Below, piece after piece: positions 51,204-64,000 of a stretch of DNA of 64,000 nucleotides (its first letter is position 1; the number at the start of each line of letters is the position of its first letter). This stretch comes from Octopus sinensis (lineage: Eukaryota). The stretch lies in assembly GCF_006345805.1 (NCBI RefSeq), contig NC_043016.1, positions 682,001 through 746,000 of the forward strand. Direction: 5' to 3'. Made by a program: the position numbers and the translations under genes. The notes below the pieces were generated by a model. The model was not told where the DNA came from, did not search any database, and saw only the letters and a list, made by a program, of their open reading frames with translations.

Positions 51204-52527
51204 TTACATATGGTACTACCTGCAGCTGATAGACTGGGCTGTTAACTGTTAAATATATTAGTTATGGGCAGAGTACAATGAACTATACCTTGCAATGATA
51301 TCTGCCTACAACTAGACAGACTGGACTATTGACAATTAAATGCCTTGACAAGTGACGAAATGTCGTTGTCGATGAAAGAAAATGCATTTGCAATTCTTCG
51401 AAGTAGTATCACGCTTTTTTATCAACACAGCCATTCATATCGATATAACAATAAATGTCAGTATATAACAAATGTAAATCAGTTAAAATATCAAATGTAA
51501 AGGATCGATATGTTTGCATATATGGAATATACTGCTTTATACCGAGCTGTAATCCAGATAAGAATCAGAAATCTTTCATCTTTTTTTATGTATGGATAAG
51601 ATCAGCGAATATTATATATTTCAACACAGAGCTGAGACAAACCAAAGGTAGCTATTTCTAAGTGATTCGTTTGACCTGTTAGAACTAGCAAGCAAAACAA
51701 AACTCCCTCAAATCATATTCTCCTGCCTCGGTATAGAGATAGCCTCAGAATCAAGTCCTATATAATCATAAAACTGGAGCGTCTTTAATCATGGTACTGC
51801 TCTGTCAGAGCTGAATAGATTGAAAACAACAATATACGAAGGATAGATTACATGCTGTAGAGGCACAGGTATATCTGTTCGGTTAATATTGTTGTTTAGC
51901 CCCAGGTTAACTATGATCAAAGATATTCCCAGCCGTAATCATTCTCTCCTATGGTTTATCATCCAATTAGAATTTTCACTTTCAAGACGACAGGAATAGC
52001 TTGGTTGGACTTTTAACAAGTGACAGCGTAAAGTTACCCATCTTTGGCTTCTGTTCTTCCTTAGAGCTGCAAATAATAAACTGAACAAAATGTGTAAATA
52101 TTCCATCTAAAATGTTCCTTCAACCGGTGTCTGCCTAAAGCAGCTTGGCCTTCATCGCGTTACCACTTGCGAAGAATAAAAGAGAAGATTCTTGGTTGTT
52201 TCAGCAAATTTCAATAGCAATTCTTCGTGAAAATGCCGCCAGCGTTATGACTTGTTTCAAGAATTACCAATATTTCCGCAGCAAGTAAACAAGTGGCCAG
52301 CGTGAAGTGGAATATCTACATTTCAACACAGACACACAAACTGATAACATATAAGCAGACAAGGTAGCCACCGGTGCATCATACGGTACAGATTAATTGA
52401 TTGATAATCTAAACACGATGGCATCCATTTCTCTTCCAATCATAGCAATCCGAAACAAAGCTAATAATAATAATGACAATACTACTATTACTACTACTAC
52501 GACTACTACTACTACTACTACTACTAC

Positions 52528-52579
<52 letters not shown>

Positions 52580-52679
52580 AACAACAACAACAATAATAAC
52601 AATAATAACAATAATGATAATGATGATGGTGGTGGTGGTGGTGGTGGTGGTGATAATGATGATGATGATGATGCCAGAC

Positions 52680-53213
52680 AGTGGCTCTCATAGCTTCTGA
52701 TCTTAACTGATTGCAAGTGTTATCATGTACATTGTTTTGTCTTGGTATAAAAGATGGGCTACAGCAAATATTCTGCTCAATACCACAGATTTGCTTGTCA
52801 GTTATTTGACCATAACCAGTTGAGCATGTCCCTTAGTGGCTGACGATATGTGCATCTCTGATCACGAGCAGAAGTAGTGGGGGAGCATCATAGCCGTGTG
52901 TTGAGAGAAACTCTTGGAGGTTTGGATAATTCACCTTTGGAAACATGGGTGTTTCGTTCGACATCCTTAAACAACCCTTATTCTGGGACCTTTTGAGTGG
53001 GATGGGTTACTTGATCTGGAGAAAATTCTAACTGCGCCCCACCTGCAAGGTCATGCGCTGTTTATTTTGATATGAGATCACCATGTAGCGCACATATGGT
53101 TGTGACTCATGTGCCTGGTCTACCCTTATCAGACGGGTAGTCATGATAGGTATACTGGGCTTCGTATATTTTGCGCCAGTGTAACTTTTTGGCATGCACT
53201 GCTCTCTCACTCA
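52680..53213 (+). mobile_element. Dispersed repeat (longer copy of 24023-24368) flanked by compound triplet arrays
   Basis: Near-identical 3' 340 nt; arrays at 52470-52672 and 53214-53440. Confidence 0.8.
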
Positions 53214-53243
53214 ATGATGATGATGATGATGATGATAATAAAG

Positions 53244-53291
<48 letters not shown>

Positions 53292-53989
53292 TTAATAATA
53301 ATAATAATAACAACAATAATAATAATCATAATAATAACGACGTCAATGACGAAGGTGATGACGACGACGACGACGATGGTGATGATGATGAGGAGGAGGA
53401 CGTGTTGGTGGTGGTGGAGGAGGAAGAGGAGGAAGAGGACTTACTGTCTCTAGATTTAAAATTAATGTTTGATGAAATAATCACACAAAGAGGAGCATAC
53501 AGACGTCCACCATCGTCAGTCGCAGGTGTGTAAGATTTGGGATTATGTACAACGGTTTCACTAATTGTTTTCGGTGCCTATGTAGTTACACGCAGACATA
53601 AGCATATTCTCGGCCCTCGCACTTCTGTTCTAGCAGAACAGCAAGGATTGCAACAGATGGAGGCTCAAGGAGCTACACCGGAACTAAGTTATTACACATT
53701 TTTCGTGAAGCAGACTAAAGCTTGAAGAAATGTAACGATTTACTCACACACAACGCACCATCCAGTTCAGAAGTTGAAATTACGATGTTAAGATACCATG
53801 AAACCCACAACTCACTAATCTCCCGTCCATACGTCTTCATACACAAATACACATATTTTCACATATATACATGCATACATATTTGCGAAAATGATTATAT
53901 ACGCAACTAGATACATGCATACATAATAACGTACATAATTTCATTCAGATAATCTTATTATATAAATACATACATATTTAGATAGATAC

Positions 53990-54010
53990 ATACATACATA
54001 CATACATACA

Positions 54011-54041
<31 letters not shown>

Positions 54042-54309
54042 GTACGTATGTACGTTCATACATATATACACACATAGATACGTACATAGATGTATACATA
54101 TACACATAGATACTTACTTACACATACATATATAGACATATACATAGATGGATATATATATATATATAAATACACGTATATAGATACATACAGACATACA
54201 TATATACATATATACGCACATACATATAAAGACATACATAGATTATACATACACGTACACGTACATACATATGGACATCCATACATAGATAAATGTAAAC
54301 CTACATGAT

Positions 54310-54364
<55 letters not shown>

Positions 54365-54447
54365 CATGCATGCAAACACATACATGCAAACATACATACA
54401 TGCAAACATACATACATGCAAACATACATACATACATACATACATAC

Positions 54448-54478
<31 letters not shown>

Positions 54479-54682
54479 CATACATACAAACATACATGCA
54501 TACATACATACATGCATACATACATACATACTTACATACATACATGCATGCAAACATACATACATATATACATACATACATACATACATACATACATACA
54601 TACATACATACATACATACATGCATACATACATACATACATACATACATACATACATACATACATACATACATACATACATA
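53990..54682. repeat. (ATAC)n/(TA)n compound microsatellite
   Basis: Direct reading; explains the MYVC and HTYI ORFs. Confidence 0.95.
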
Positions 54683-55928
54683 CAGTGGCGAATTGGCAGA
54701 ATTATTAATGCGTCGAAGAGAATCGCACGTGCTGTTTATTCTGATCCTTTGCGTTCCTTTTCAAAATTCACCCTTTGGAATTTGATAAAATTATCTACAA
54801 ATCCAAGACGATGTGTTTGCAAGACTGTAACGACGCGCGGCAGAATCTTTACATTACTTGCTCCGGCGTTTTAGTTTCTGAGTTGAAATCCCGACATGGC
54901 CCTTTTCCTGTGTAGACATAAAACTTCAATCGTTTCAATAAAGCACCATGGAAACTTGAGTGCCTTAAAAGAAACTCACTGTGTTGAAAGCATTCGGCCC
55001 ATGCCCCCTATTTCATGACACCTTCCTACTCCCCGTTCCACCACTCTCAAAAGCCTTACAAATAATAATAGTTACTGCCTTGCCTCCTAACTCAACTTTT
55101 AAAAGTACATATGTTTGTACATGCATTCATAAAGCCACGTTCGTACGTGCAAGATCAATAACGATAGAGTGTGTTACATAATAGCTTCTTGATCCAGCAT
55201 TTTCGAAATATGTTTAGTTATAATTAAATATACTTGACCAGTAGAATCAATAGAAAACCATTTGGGCAACCAATTTGATCAACTCTGTTTGGACGAGAGG
55301 ATGCATTTCGAAAAGCACGGACCACTCAGTGACAGTATAGAGATCATCTACTCACGTATTGCACCTGTAAAAACATGTAAAGCTGGAAAACAAAATAAAA
55401 TCAAGTGTCAACGTTTCTTGGAGTTAATGATATTATGGTTTAACTTAATGGGCAGACCGCAGTTTAGCCAATGTAGAATCAAACGTTCCAGAGTTTATGG
55501 CATAAAGTATTTAGGACTACGTCATGTAAATGTGTCCTGTTTTTAAGAAACTTGCGTGTGATTTGACAGTGCTAAATTCTGCTTTAAGCTAATGGAATCA
55601 CGTAAAAGCTTTGCATTGACTCGTTTGGACTCAACTACCTCAATCATCTAAATATCTTAAACCATTCTGAGGCTGGCTTCACGCTTAGACTACATTTCAG
55701 AATATGCTACACAAACGACTGCACCAAGCCCCATCTGAAGGACATTAATGCTGTTATTAAGAACGAGAAAGACAATTTCCCATCACATCGCATGGCGAAA
55801 AGCTATAGGAGTTGTTAACAACGAATATTTTATAAACTATTTATATGAAATAAACATCATTTCAGGACTGATGTTTGTTAACATGCCAAACATCATCTTC
55901 TAGATGTAAATAATCTAAGGCCGGCGCG

Positions 55929-57326
55929 TTGGTGTTCCGGCGAGGGAATAAGGTCCCTGAACTGGGCGCCAGCATGAGTAGACGGGAACTGTTCTCTGTG
56001 TGTGGGAAACTGGTGGGACATTACCCGATTGCAGGTTGGCTCCGAACAGCATTTAGCGTCATCAAGAGACGAGTCGAAGGAGTGAAGTGGAATGATAGAG
56101 TGGGCGAGAGGACGATCGACATGATGCAGGAAGTCTTGGTCAGAGTAGGAGCAGAGGACCCAGTGAGGGGGTACGTTCCCAAATCAAAGAGCGGGATCGT
56201 ATGGTGTGACGCCAGTAGCATCGCAATAGGGGTTGTCTTAGAAGTGGGAGGTGTCATGGTGGAAGATGCAGCCTGGCTCAGGAAGACGGATGACTGCAAT
56301 CATATCAACGTGGCGGAGTTGGATGCCGTGTTGAAGTGGGTGAACCTAGCCTTGAAGTGGGGTTTGCACACAATAGATATCAGGACTGATTCGGCCACTG
56401 TATTTGGTTGGGCGACAGCAGTCATCACCGATGAGCGGAGGGTGCGGACCAAAAGGGCTGCAGAGATGCTGGTAAAGCGTCGATTGGGAATACTGCGTGA
56501 ACTAACCACTGAGTTCAATCTGAAGCTGAGCGTAATCTTTGTGCCTTCCGAGAAGAACAGGGCAGACGTCCTGACCAGGGTAAAGCGAGCCTGGTTGCAG
56601 GTGCCAGAGGATGCGAAGCAGGCTGTAGCTGCAGTATGCCGTCTGAGCGACTCGGAGTTGCGGAGACTGCACACCATGCATCACATGGGTGTGGACAGGA
56701 AATTGTTCCTAGCCAGAAAAGTCGACTCCGACGTAACAAGACAGAGCGTGCAGAGAGTGGTTAGCAGTTGTGACAGGTGCCAGTCCATCGACCCTGCTCC
56801 GGTCGTGCATGAAGCGGGAAGTATTCCAGTGGACCGGGACTGGAAACGACTGGCGGTGGACATAACACACTACCGGCAGGGGACATACCTCTCAATGGTT
56901 GACTGCGGACCAGGGCGGTTGGCCATATGGAGGGAGATGAAGTCGGGGACCGCAGAAGAAATTGTGAAAGTGTTGAATGAGATATTCCTGGAACGAGGCC
57001 CCGTGGATGAACTGCTTCTGGACAATGGCACTGCATTTCGGTCGGATGTGCTGAAAGAAATGCTTGATGAGTGGAAGGTCAACCGCTTCTTCAGGGCGGC
57101 ATACCGACCAAGTGGAAATGGGGTGGTGGAAAGGCATCATCGTACCATCAAGGCCATGGCAGAGAGGGGTCACATTTCACCAATCGAGGCCGTGTTTTGG
57201 TACAATATGTCGCCCAGAATAGGACAGGCTGAGGAGTCGGTGCCACACAGGGCAATATTCAGGTACGAGTGGAGGCATCCGTGTACTACATCAATGCGAC
57301 CTGGGGCAGAGGAAGAGCACGCCTAA
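55929..57326 (+). CDS. pol: Gypsy Pol fragment: RT connection, RNase H, integrase (open 465 aa)
   Basis: WCDASSIAIG, INVAELDA and IRTDS (RNase H); H-x4-H...CDRC zinc finger; AVDITH, LLDNGTAF and NGVVERHHRTIK (DDE). The upstream start is artificial because of truncation. Confidence 0.88.
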   Translation: MVFRRGNKVPELGASMSRRELFSVCGKLVGHYPIAGWLRTAFSVIKRRVEGVKWNDRVGERTIDMMQEVLVRVGAEDPVRGYVPKSKSGIVWCDASSIAIGVVLEVGGVMVEDAAWLRKTDDCNHINVAELDAVLKWVNLALKWGLHTIDIRTDSATVFGWATAVITDERRVRTKRAAEMLVKRRLGILRELTTEFNLKLSVIFVPSEKNRADVLTRVKRAWLQVPEDAKQAVAAVCRLSDSELRRLHTMHHMGVDRKLFLARKVDSDVTRQSVQRVVSSCDRCQSIDPAPVVHEAGSIPVDRDWKRLAVDITHYRQGTYLSMVDCGPGRLAIWREMKSGTAEEIVKVLNEIFLERGPVDELLLDNGTAFRSDVLKEMLDEWKVNRFFRAAYRPSGNGVVERHHRTIKAMAERGHISPIEAVFWYNMSPRIGQAEESVPHRAIFRYEWRHPCTTSMRPGAEEEHA

Positions 57327-57579
57327 ATTCAAAAAATAACATCTCGGCCGATGGTATGCCACGCCACGTTTTGGATATACGGAGGATTGTCCATGCCTCA
57401 GAGGATGGGACAGCAGCAGTGGGCAAGAAGAAAACAACACCAGTAGACAGAATGATGAGGCCAGCAGCAACACACCAGGAACAAGTCCTAGGGTCGCACT
57501 GCGACCACAGAGGGAACGGCACCCTCCTCCCTGGTTGGCTGATTATGAAACCAGTTAAGGTGCGGGAGCGGGGAGCGAG

Positions 57580-57769
57580 TGAGAAAGCCGGTTCAGTGAT
57601 CTGTAGGTCAGGGGGGCGTGTGGTGTTGGTGGAGAGGATGACAGATAGGGGAGGGCGCAAGTAGGGCTTGCAGGGCGCATGCGTGGTAGGAAGCGGAAGC
57701 GGTGAGCGACGACGCACGTGTGGGATCGCCGAACAGGAGTGGCAGCTGAGACGACCAAGACACCAGACA
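57580..57769 (+). repeat. Putative 3' LTR (about 190 bp)
   Basis: Starts TG right after the PPT and ends CA where GC content drops; no second LTR to confirm. Confidence 0.5.
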
Positions 57770-57943
57770 AAACTTTCTATTATATCTGGATAACCATCTG
57801 AATACTTTACAACTTTACATACAAAGAGTAAACGTTGTCTGTTTGAAATCATTTGCCCAACAAAAAAGCAGCCAAACTGCTTTTATATTACACGATATCA
57901 TCTTGAAATAAAGATAATGAAATACAGTCTATGTAGTCTTTGT

Positions 57944-58243
57944 GTGGAGGCACATGGCCTAGTGGTTAGAGCAGCAGACTCGCGGTCGAGGGATCGCGGG
58001 TTCGAATCTCAGACAGGACGATGTGTGTGTTTATGAGCGAAACACCTAAGCTCCATGCGGCTCCGGCAGAGGGTAATGGCGAAACTTCTGCTGACTCTTT
58101 CGCCACAACTTTCTCTCACTCTTTCCTCCTGCATCTTGCAGCTCACCTGCGACGGACCGGCGTCTCGTCCAGGTGGGGAACCTATACGCCAAGAAACCGG
58201 GAAACCTGCCTTTATGTGCCAGGCATGGCTCGAGAAGGAACTA
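57944..58243 (+). mobile_element. Family D SINE
   Basis: TGGCCTAGTGGTTAGAGC A box and GGGTTCGAATC B box; CTGCGACGGACCGGCGTCTCGTCCAGG block. Confidence 0.85.
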
Positions 58244-58584
58244 ACATGTGTAGTCTTTCAACAGCTGTCAAACTCCTCAAGTCACACTCTCCTTAGCTGT
58301 ATTTATGTATTGCAAGTTTGTATACTTCAAATCACTGCCCGACGCTCGATGGTTAAGCACCGACTAGTTATATTTACCACAAGTTTGTATACCGCAGAAC
58401 CGTAATCCACCTGGCTTTAATTGTGTACCATGAGTTTGTATACATCATATCATGCCGTACCCAGTTGTAATAAATCACCATAAATTTTTACGCTCAACTT
58501 CGAGGAAACGGTTGTTTCGCCGGTTCACAGATTTGAGATTTAATTTAGAATCCTGGCGTGGATCTGCCAGAAGAGCAGTCAGTT

Positions 58585-58624
<40 letters not shown>

Positions 58625-58748
58625 TCTCTCTCTCCCTCCCGCTCTTTCTCCCTCCCACCCTCCCTCTCCTCTTTCTCTCTCTCATACACACACACGTATG
58701 TATGTATGTATGTATGTATGTATGTATGTATGTATGTATGTATGTATG
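58585..58748. repeat. (CT)n/(CA)n/(TATG)n
   Basis: Direct reading. Confidence 0.9.
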
Positions 58749-58751
58749 AAT

Positions 58752-59089
58752 GTGAAGGCACATGGCTCAGTGATTAAAGCGTCGAGCTTACGATCGTGAG
58801 GTTGTGAGCTCGAATCCCGGACCGGGCTGCGTGTTGTGTCCTTGAGCAAGACACTTTATTTCACGTTGCTCCAGTTTATTCAGTTGTAGAAATGATTTGC
58901 GACGTCACTGGTGCCAAGCTGTATCAGCCTTTGCCTTTCCCTTGGATAACACTGGTGGCGTGGAGAGGGGAGGCCGGTATGCATGGGCGACTGCTGGTCT
59001 TCCATAAACCACCTTCCCCAGACTTTTGACTAGGAGGGTAACTTTCTAGGTGCAATCCCATGGTCAGTGTCGTGACCGAAGGGGGTCCC
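58752..59089 (+). mobile_element. Family C SINE, full length, followed by (TATG)n to about 59255
   Basis: TGGCTCAGTGATT A box, GAGCTCGAATCCC B box and TCCTTGAGCAAGACAC block. Confidence 0.9.
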
Positions 59090-59655
59090 GATGTATGTAT
59101 GTATGTATGTATGTATGTATGTATGTATGTATGTATGTACGTATGTACGTATGTATGTATGTATGTATGTATGTATGTATGTATGTATGTGCGTATGTAT
59201 GTATGTATGTATGTATGTATGTATGTATGTATGTATGTATGTATGTGTATGCATGCAAATTGCAATACGGTCGAGAAATGGATCAGTCTGGCTACGGAGA
59301 AGCAACAAACTAATTTCACGTCTGCGCATTTCCTGATTTTCATTCAAATCATGTGCTACCCATTTGTCGAGCTTTTTTTGATTTTCCGATCGCACGGAAA
59401 TGGCTGCAGGCAGCTTTCTGGCTAATATAAAGTTATTCAGCCAGTTCTCATGTTGTTTTGAGTGGATATTTCTCAGTGACAGTCTTTAACTGACAGATGA
59501 GGGTCTACTATGCTTACAGTCTTCAAGTCTCAAGTCTCCACTGCGAAATCGTTTCAGCTGCTTTACGTCCTTTTTCTTTTTTGTTTAGTTAAATAGCAAA
59601 TTTGCTTGAACTTCGCTCTTTGACAGTTCCATTTCAGATTATTGTTGCATGTTTC

Positions 59656-62600
59656 TTTATTATCAATAAAAGGTATACTTAGAGGGGATGAACAAAGACA
59701 CTTACAACATATAGTTGGTGTTACAATCAGATACTTTTGAAATAATCTTATAAAGATATACTGAAATCGGATCATGAAATCGAATAGAGTGAAAAATTAA
59801 ATGATTATAAATAGTTATGTATGAAAAATAGACATTTGAGGTTTTATATAACACGCCGGTTTCTTTTTTTCCCCGATAATTTTGTATTCCTTTTTTTCTC
59901 CTTCTGTTCCATTTTGGCCGGATACACTAACTCGGTACCATTTGTTCGCAGCATTCTTAGTACTAGCATCCATTTTTTCGAAAAGATACTCTTTGAGAGA
60001 GGCACTTTCTCTCTAGACGGATCTTGCTTAGCAGATGGTAGTTGAAATAACTAACCAATCCGCGTCCAGAGATAAAGTTGCCCGTGTCAATTCTCCTTCT
60101 GCGCGTTGTCCATATTGTATCTTTCAGTATGGTTACTGCACAGAAAAAAGTCGCCTCTCTTTCTTTCTTAAAGGAGGAAGACGGTACAATCCTGATGATG
60201 GGCTCTTTCTGTCTATAGCTGTACTCTTTCTGCCTCCAACATTAGCTGTTCGACATACGCTAACAGCCCCCTTCAATTCCACACATTGCACGAAGGCGTG
60301 CGTCGCAGTTTCACTGTCCCGCCGCACCTCGGCATGTGAGCGGGACGACGAACCCGTGCCTTGACAGGACCGCCACCAGATACCGATGGTCAACGCTATC
60401 GAAGGTCTTAGACTGGTCCAAATTCACCAGTACCCCACCCTTGCCAGGAACTTTACTAACCCGCTCTATGGTATAGCAGATGACGTGAAGGTTGTCGTGT
60501 ATCGTCCTTACTGTGATGGAGCATGTTTGCGCCTCTCCCACCAGGGCGCCTACAACAAGCCTCACTCTCTTGGCTAATATCTTGGCCAAAATCTATAGCT
60601 TTGTGTTATGGGCCTAAAATTATTAATGATATCCCCGTTGCTCGGGACCTTCTTGATGAGTGTTACAACTCTCTGAGTCACAGGTTTGGGAATTCTTCCA
60701 TGTTGTTGCCAGTTTGCGTAGAAACTGGCTAGTATGTTTCCGAACAAGTCTGGTATACTTTTATAAAATTCGTACAGTAGACCATCTAATTCCGGCAACA
60801 TTTCCCTGCACCTCTATAACCTCCGCAGTTATAATCGGCCCTTCACAGCGCTCATCCTCTCGCACCGAGATATGCGACCCGCCTGCTAGGACGTCCTGAA
60901 GGACATTCCCATGGTCCAGCGGCGAAGTGCTTGTAACAGGTTTTACACATCTCTTCCTTTCTTGGATTGCACGTCAATGCTCATCCACCAAAGACCTTAT
61001 CGTAGTTTCAATGCCATATTGAGTTTATACCGAACAAACCCACCCGGCAACGTTTGACCCCCTCGTGGCTCAATGCACGTATTTTTTTCCCGAAATCTGC
61101 ATCCTTTGTGTTTGGCATTGAGGTGTCGTCTAAGACCGATCTCGCCGCCAAAACCTGGGGTGCAGAGCCCACTCACAGCGCCTCTTGTAACGCTTTGATT
61201 AATTTCCCTTCTCCACTAGCCTGTTCTAGAGGTAACTACTTGCTAAATATAATTGACTGAATTCGAATGGCTGGTTTGAGGGCACATCACCACCGGTTAT
61301 TTAACACAGCGCCGGGTAATGCCCTAATTACTAACTTCCTAATCTGACTTCCGTAAGCTTCGCAAGCCAAAAGAGACTTGTTCAACTTCCAGTATCCGGA
61401 CCCCTGTTTATGTACTTTATCTATATGCATCCTACACGTCACTAATTTGTAATAAATTGTGGACAGCTAAAACTAGATTTATCTCTAGAATTAAGTATGA
61501 TCCTATCTATGTAAAACCTGATTGATCCGTCGTTGTTACTCCAAGACCACATTGGAACGCTGGGATAATCAAGTCTGTATCGATCTGCCAACCTAAATCG
61601 CTTCAGCACATCGACGAGACGTGAGTTACGTTTCCTATTGTTCGAACCCACGCTATCCTGGCGTGCATCTAGAATAGCGTTAAAGACTCCTAGCATGGCT
61701 AGTGTCTTTGACGTTACAAAGAAATTCTCCAGGCATTGACAGAAATCATTCCGTTTGCCTACCGTACTAGGCGTGTAAATGACAATCAGCCTGAAGGTTT
61801 TATCCCTGAATGTTAAATCCATAATGACCAACTCAGCTTCTGGGTCCACAAATATCGTACAAATCTGCAGAGCCAAGTTTTTTGGAGCAAAACTACAACG
61901 CCTTCCCTCCTTCCGGTTTCACTAGGAGTCATGATTTTCGCACAGCCACCCAGGAGAGTAGAAAAGGCCTGCGGCTTGTCCAACTTAGTCTCAGTAGCCA
62001 CCATTACATCTATTCTGTGTGGTCTGAGGTCGTTGAGGAAACTAGCTTGCTTCCACATCGAGCTCAGGCTACGCTCATTCAGGCAACCTATACTGAATGC
62101 AGCCATACCAAAAACGGTAAAGAAGGAAAATTGGGCTTACCTGCCCTTTTCATCTGTTGAGGGGAGTTGATCTCAGTACCACTGGAATCTGTTTCACCGC
62201 CCCCTTCCTCTCTGCTAGGCTTGGCTCACCCGGCGGGTTAAATATTGAGGGCGGTGGCGCTTTCAGTTCTACAATGTCTCTAGACTGCCTTGTTTTTACT
62301 TCTGTACATAGTTTATACGGAATTTTCCCGACCGTGTTAGGGTTTTTCTTGTTGTCGTTGTAGATTTTTGATTGTAGGTGGGTCCTATCACCCCTTCCAA
62401 ATACACCACCATTACTGTTTCTAATTTGTCCTCTTCCTCCAGCTTTTACATTTTGTATTTCTTTTTTATCCCCTTTTTACTGTTTCTTTGTTTTTCTTAC
62501 TTTATATCTATAGTGACTTTTTTTTCCGTTTTTTTTGCTTGCTTTATTTTCGGAGTCACCTTTTGTGACTTGGTTGGCGACCCCGTCTATATTTTCGTTC

Positions 62601-63960
62601 CTTAACGAGACACTGTCTGAATATCCATGATTTCTTCAGACGGTGTGTCTATGGTGTTTGCTGGCACTTTTTTTCTTTTTCTTCCGCCTCTTTCGACTTT
62701 TTCTTATTGGCAGTCGTCCTCTTGGAAATGGCCTCCTTGGCCGGGGGCGCCGCTTCTTTTGTTCCATCTTTAGGGTTCTTTCCCACCTCGGTCTCTTCCT
62801 GGGGAAGCGAGCACTTGGACCTCAGATGTCCCTTCTTTCTGCACTTGAAGCACCCTCAACATTTACTGATAGAGACTGTCTCCTCCCCAATGTGGATTTT
62901 TTCGGGGAGGTTTTCGAGGTCACTGGAAGTGGCCTGTGCCAGTATTTCCAAAGTCTGCCCCTTCCAGTTCTGTGGGGCATCTCTGGAAATCTAGATAAAA
63001 TTTATCTTTTCTTTTCTTTGAAATAACAACATGGCCACAATCCATACGACCTCTACTTCTGGTGGTACATTCTTAATACTGATCCGGGACGTTCTGTATC
63101 CCAGATACAATAGCAGAAGCGCTCTTCGTTCATTTTGCAAGGTTCGGGTCGAGTACTCACGAGCCTTCTCTGCTAACTCGAACCTTGCTTCTACTGTTGC
63201 GTGCTTGGTGCCACGGGTTAGATATTTGATTTGTTCTATTACTGGTCCGGGGCATTTTTCAATAGTACTTTCTTCGAAGTGCTCCAACTCTTTATTAATT
63301 AAATCGTAAGTTTTATAGATTATTGTCCTTTTTCTTGTTTATAATTCCGATTGGGGGAGCAATTTTGCTTTCCTCGTCTTCTTCGGTTATCATTTCGAAG
63401 AATGACTGAATCTCTGCTTTTTCCAGTGATATTATTTCATGTTGTCCTCCCACAACGGAGGCAATTTTTTTTTTACATGTAGTTTCTTCTACCGAAGACA
63501 TTTTTTCAAAACAAATGTTTCACCACAGGAGCAAAAAGTTCCAACACAGAAGCAAAAAATACACACAGTTAAAAAAATCCTTCCTCCTTAGGGGAAGATA
63601 ACAATTCAACAGTGTTTTTTTCCCCCAGAAGGTAACCTTACGGGAGATCAACAACAGAGAAATCAACAAAGCCTGCGAGCAGGTAATAAAATTCTTTTGT
63701 ACTCTAGGAACAAAGCACGAAATTTTGGGGGAGGGGATCAGTCGATTAGATCATCTCCAGTACGAAACTGATACTTAATTTATCGACCCCGAAAGGATGA
63801 AAGGCAATGCTAAGCATTTCGTCCGGCGTGCTAACGATTCGGCCAGCTCACCGCCTTGAGCAGGTAGCAAAATTAAAAATACCTTACGGTCGAACGGTGT
63901 AGCTTAAAAATTCACATACCGAAGACGGAGATGATTGTAACAACGGCGAACAAATGATCA
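59656..63960 (-). mobile_element. L1/Tx1-clade LINE, decayed, with ~1 kb RT deletion
   Basis: ORF1 from about 63501 with CFKCRKKGHLRSKC knuckle (62810-62851); ORF2 ATG at 62106 MAAFSIGCLN..ATETKL; DGLLYEFY, IHDNLH, LDQSKTFD fused at about 60361 to RHG..C..C..ETATHAFVQC; AATAAA at 59661-59656. The 5' limit is approximate. Confidence 0.88.
63694..63857 (-). mobile_element. Family A SINE with internal deletion and 17-bp TSD, inside the Tx1 5' UTR
   Basis: GAGCAGGTAATAAAATT (63677-63693) and GAGCAGGTAGCAAAATT (63858-63874). Confidence 0.8.
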
Positions 63961-64000
63961 ATGTTAATTTATTGATGCATTTGGGCGAGTCTATGTCTGT

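Larger units (their letters stand above)
55919..57769 (+). mobile_element. Ty3/Gypsy LTR retrotransposon, 5'-truncated
   Basis: GC-rich block with a pol fragment, purine-rich PPT (about 57562-57579) and a TG...CA putative 3' LTR. Confidence 0.88.

Noticed and set aside
49960-51930. Degenerate pieces of a further dispersed repeat (49960-50170, 51650-51930)
   Set aside because: Similarity is short (GCAGCCAAATCTCTCTGAAATCAC-like) and too decayed to bound or classify.
53454-53525. 72-nt symmetric exon candidate (DLKLMFDEIITQRGAYRRPPSSVA) with TCTCTAG acceptor
   Set aside because: The donor GTGTGT is weak, no recognisable homology and no partner exons; RNA-seq could revive it.
54056-54874. MYVC and HTYI repeat ORFs (also 30348-30696, 58924-59425, 36473-36751)
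   Set aside because: Artefacts of (ATAC)n and (AGAT)n microsatellites.

Overview
AT-rich, repeat-saturated eukaryotic genomic DNA with one 100-N scaffold gap (41538-41637). The SINE families and microsatellite load resemble an octopus (cephalopod) genome; this is recalled resemblance, not a database result. No host protein-coding gene is supportable, and nearly all listed ORFs are microsatellite read-throughs or decayed transposon frames. Contents: three L1/Tx1-clade LINE copies (a near full-length one embedded in (TCTA)n), four co-oriented R4/Dong-like fragments, RTE and CR1-like remnants, a Ty3/Gypsy RNaseH-integrase-LTR fragment, a mariner-derived fold-back MITE, a 403-bp MITE, about 15 tRNA-derived SINEs, and several Penelope-like element (PLE) relics, including a GIY-YIG ORF with intact catalytic residues. 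The most notable pattern is a set of hammerhead-ribozyme (HHR) motifs read directly from the sequence: five complete or near-complete, one core-mutated, one truncated and a vestigial pair. Nearly all point toward and end near a (TA)n run. Two fold-back elements are built from inverted HHR-bearing termini, and one HHR tail is joined to a Pol III tRNA-like head. Together these suggest a PLE/ribozyme-based, (TA)n-associated family of non-autonomous retroelements. Secondary-structure calls are manual and untested, and element boundaries are approximate unless a TSD or TIR defines them.
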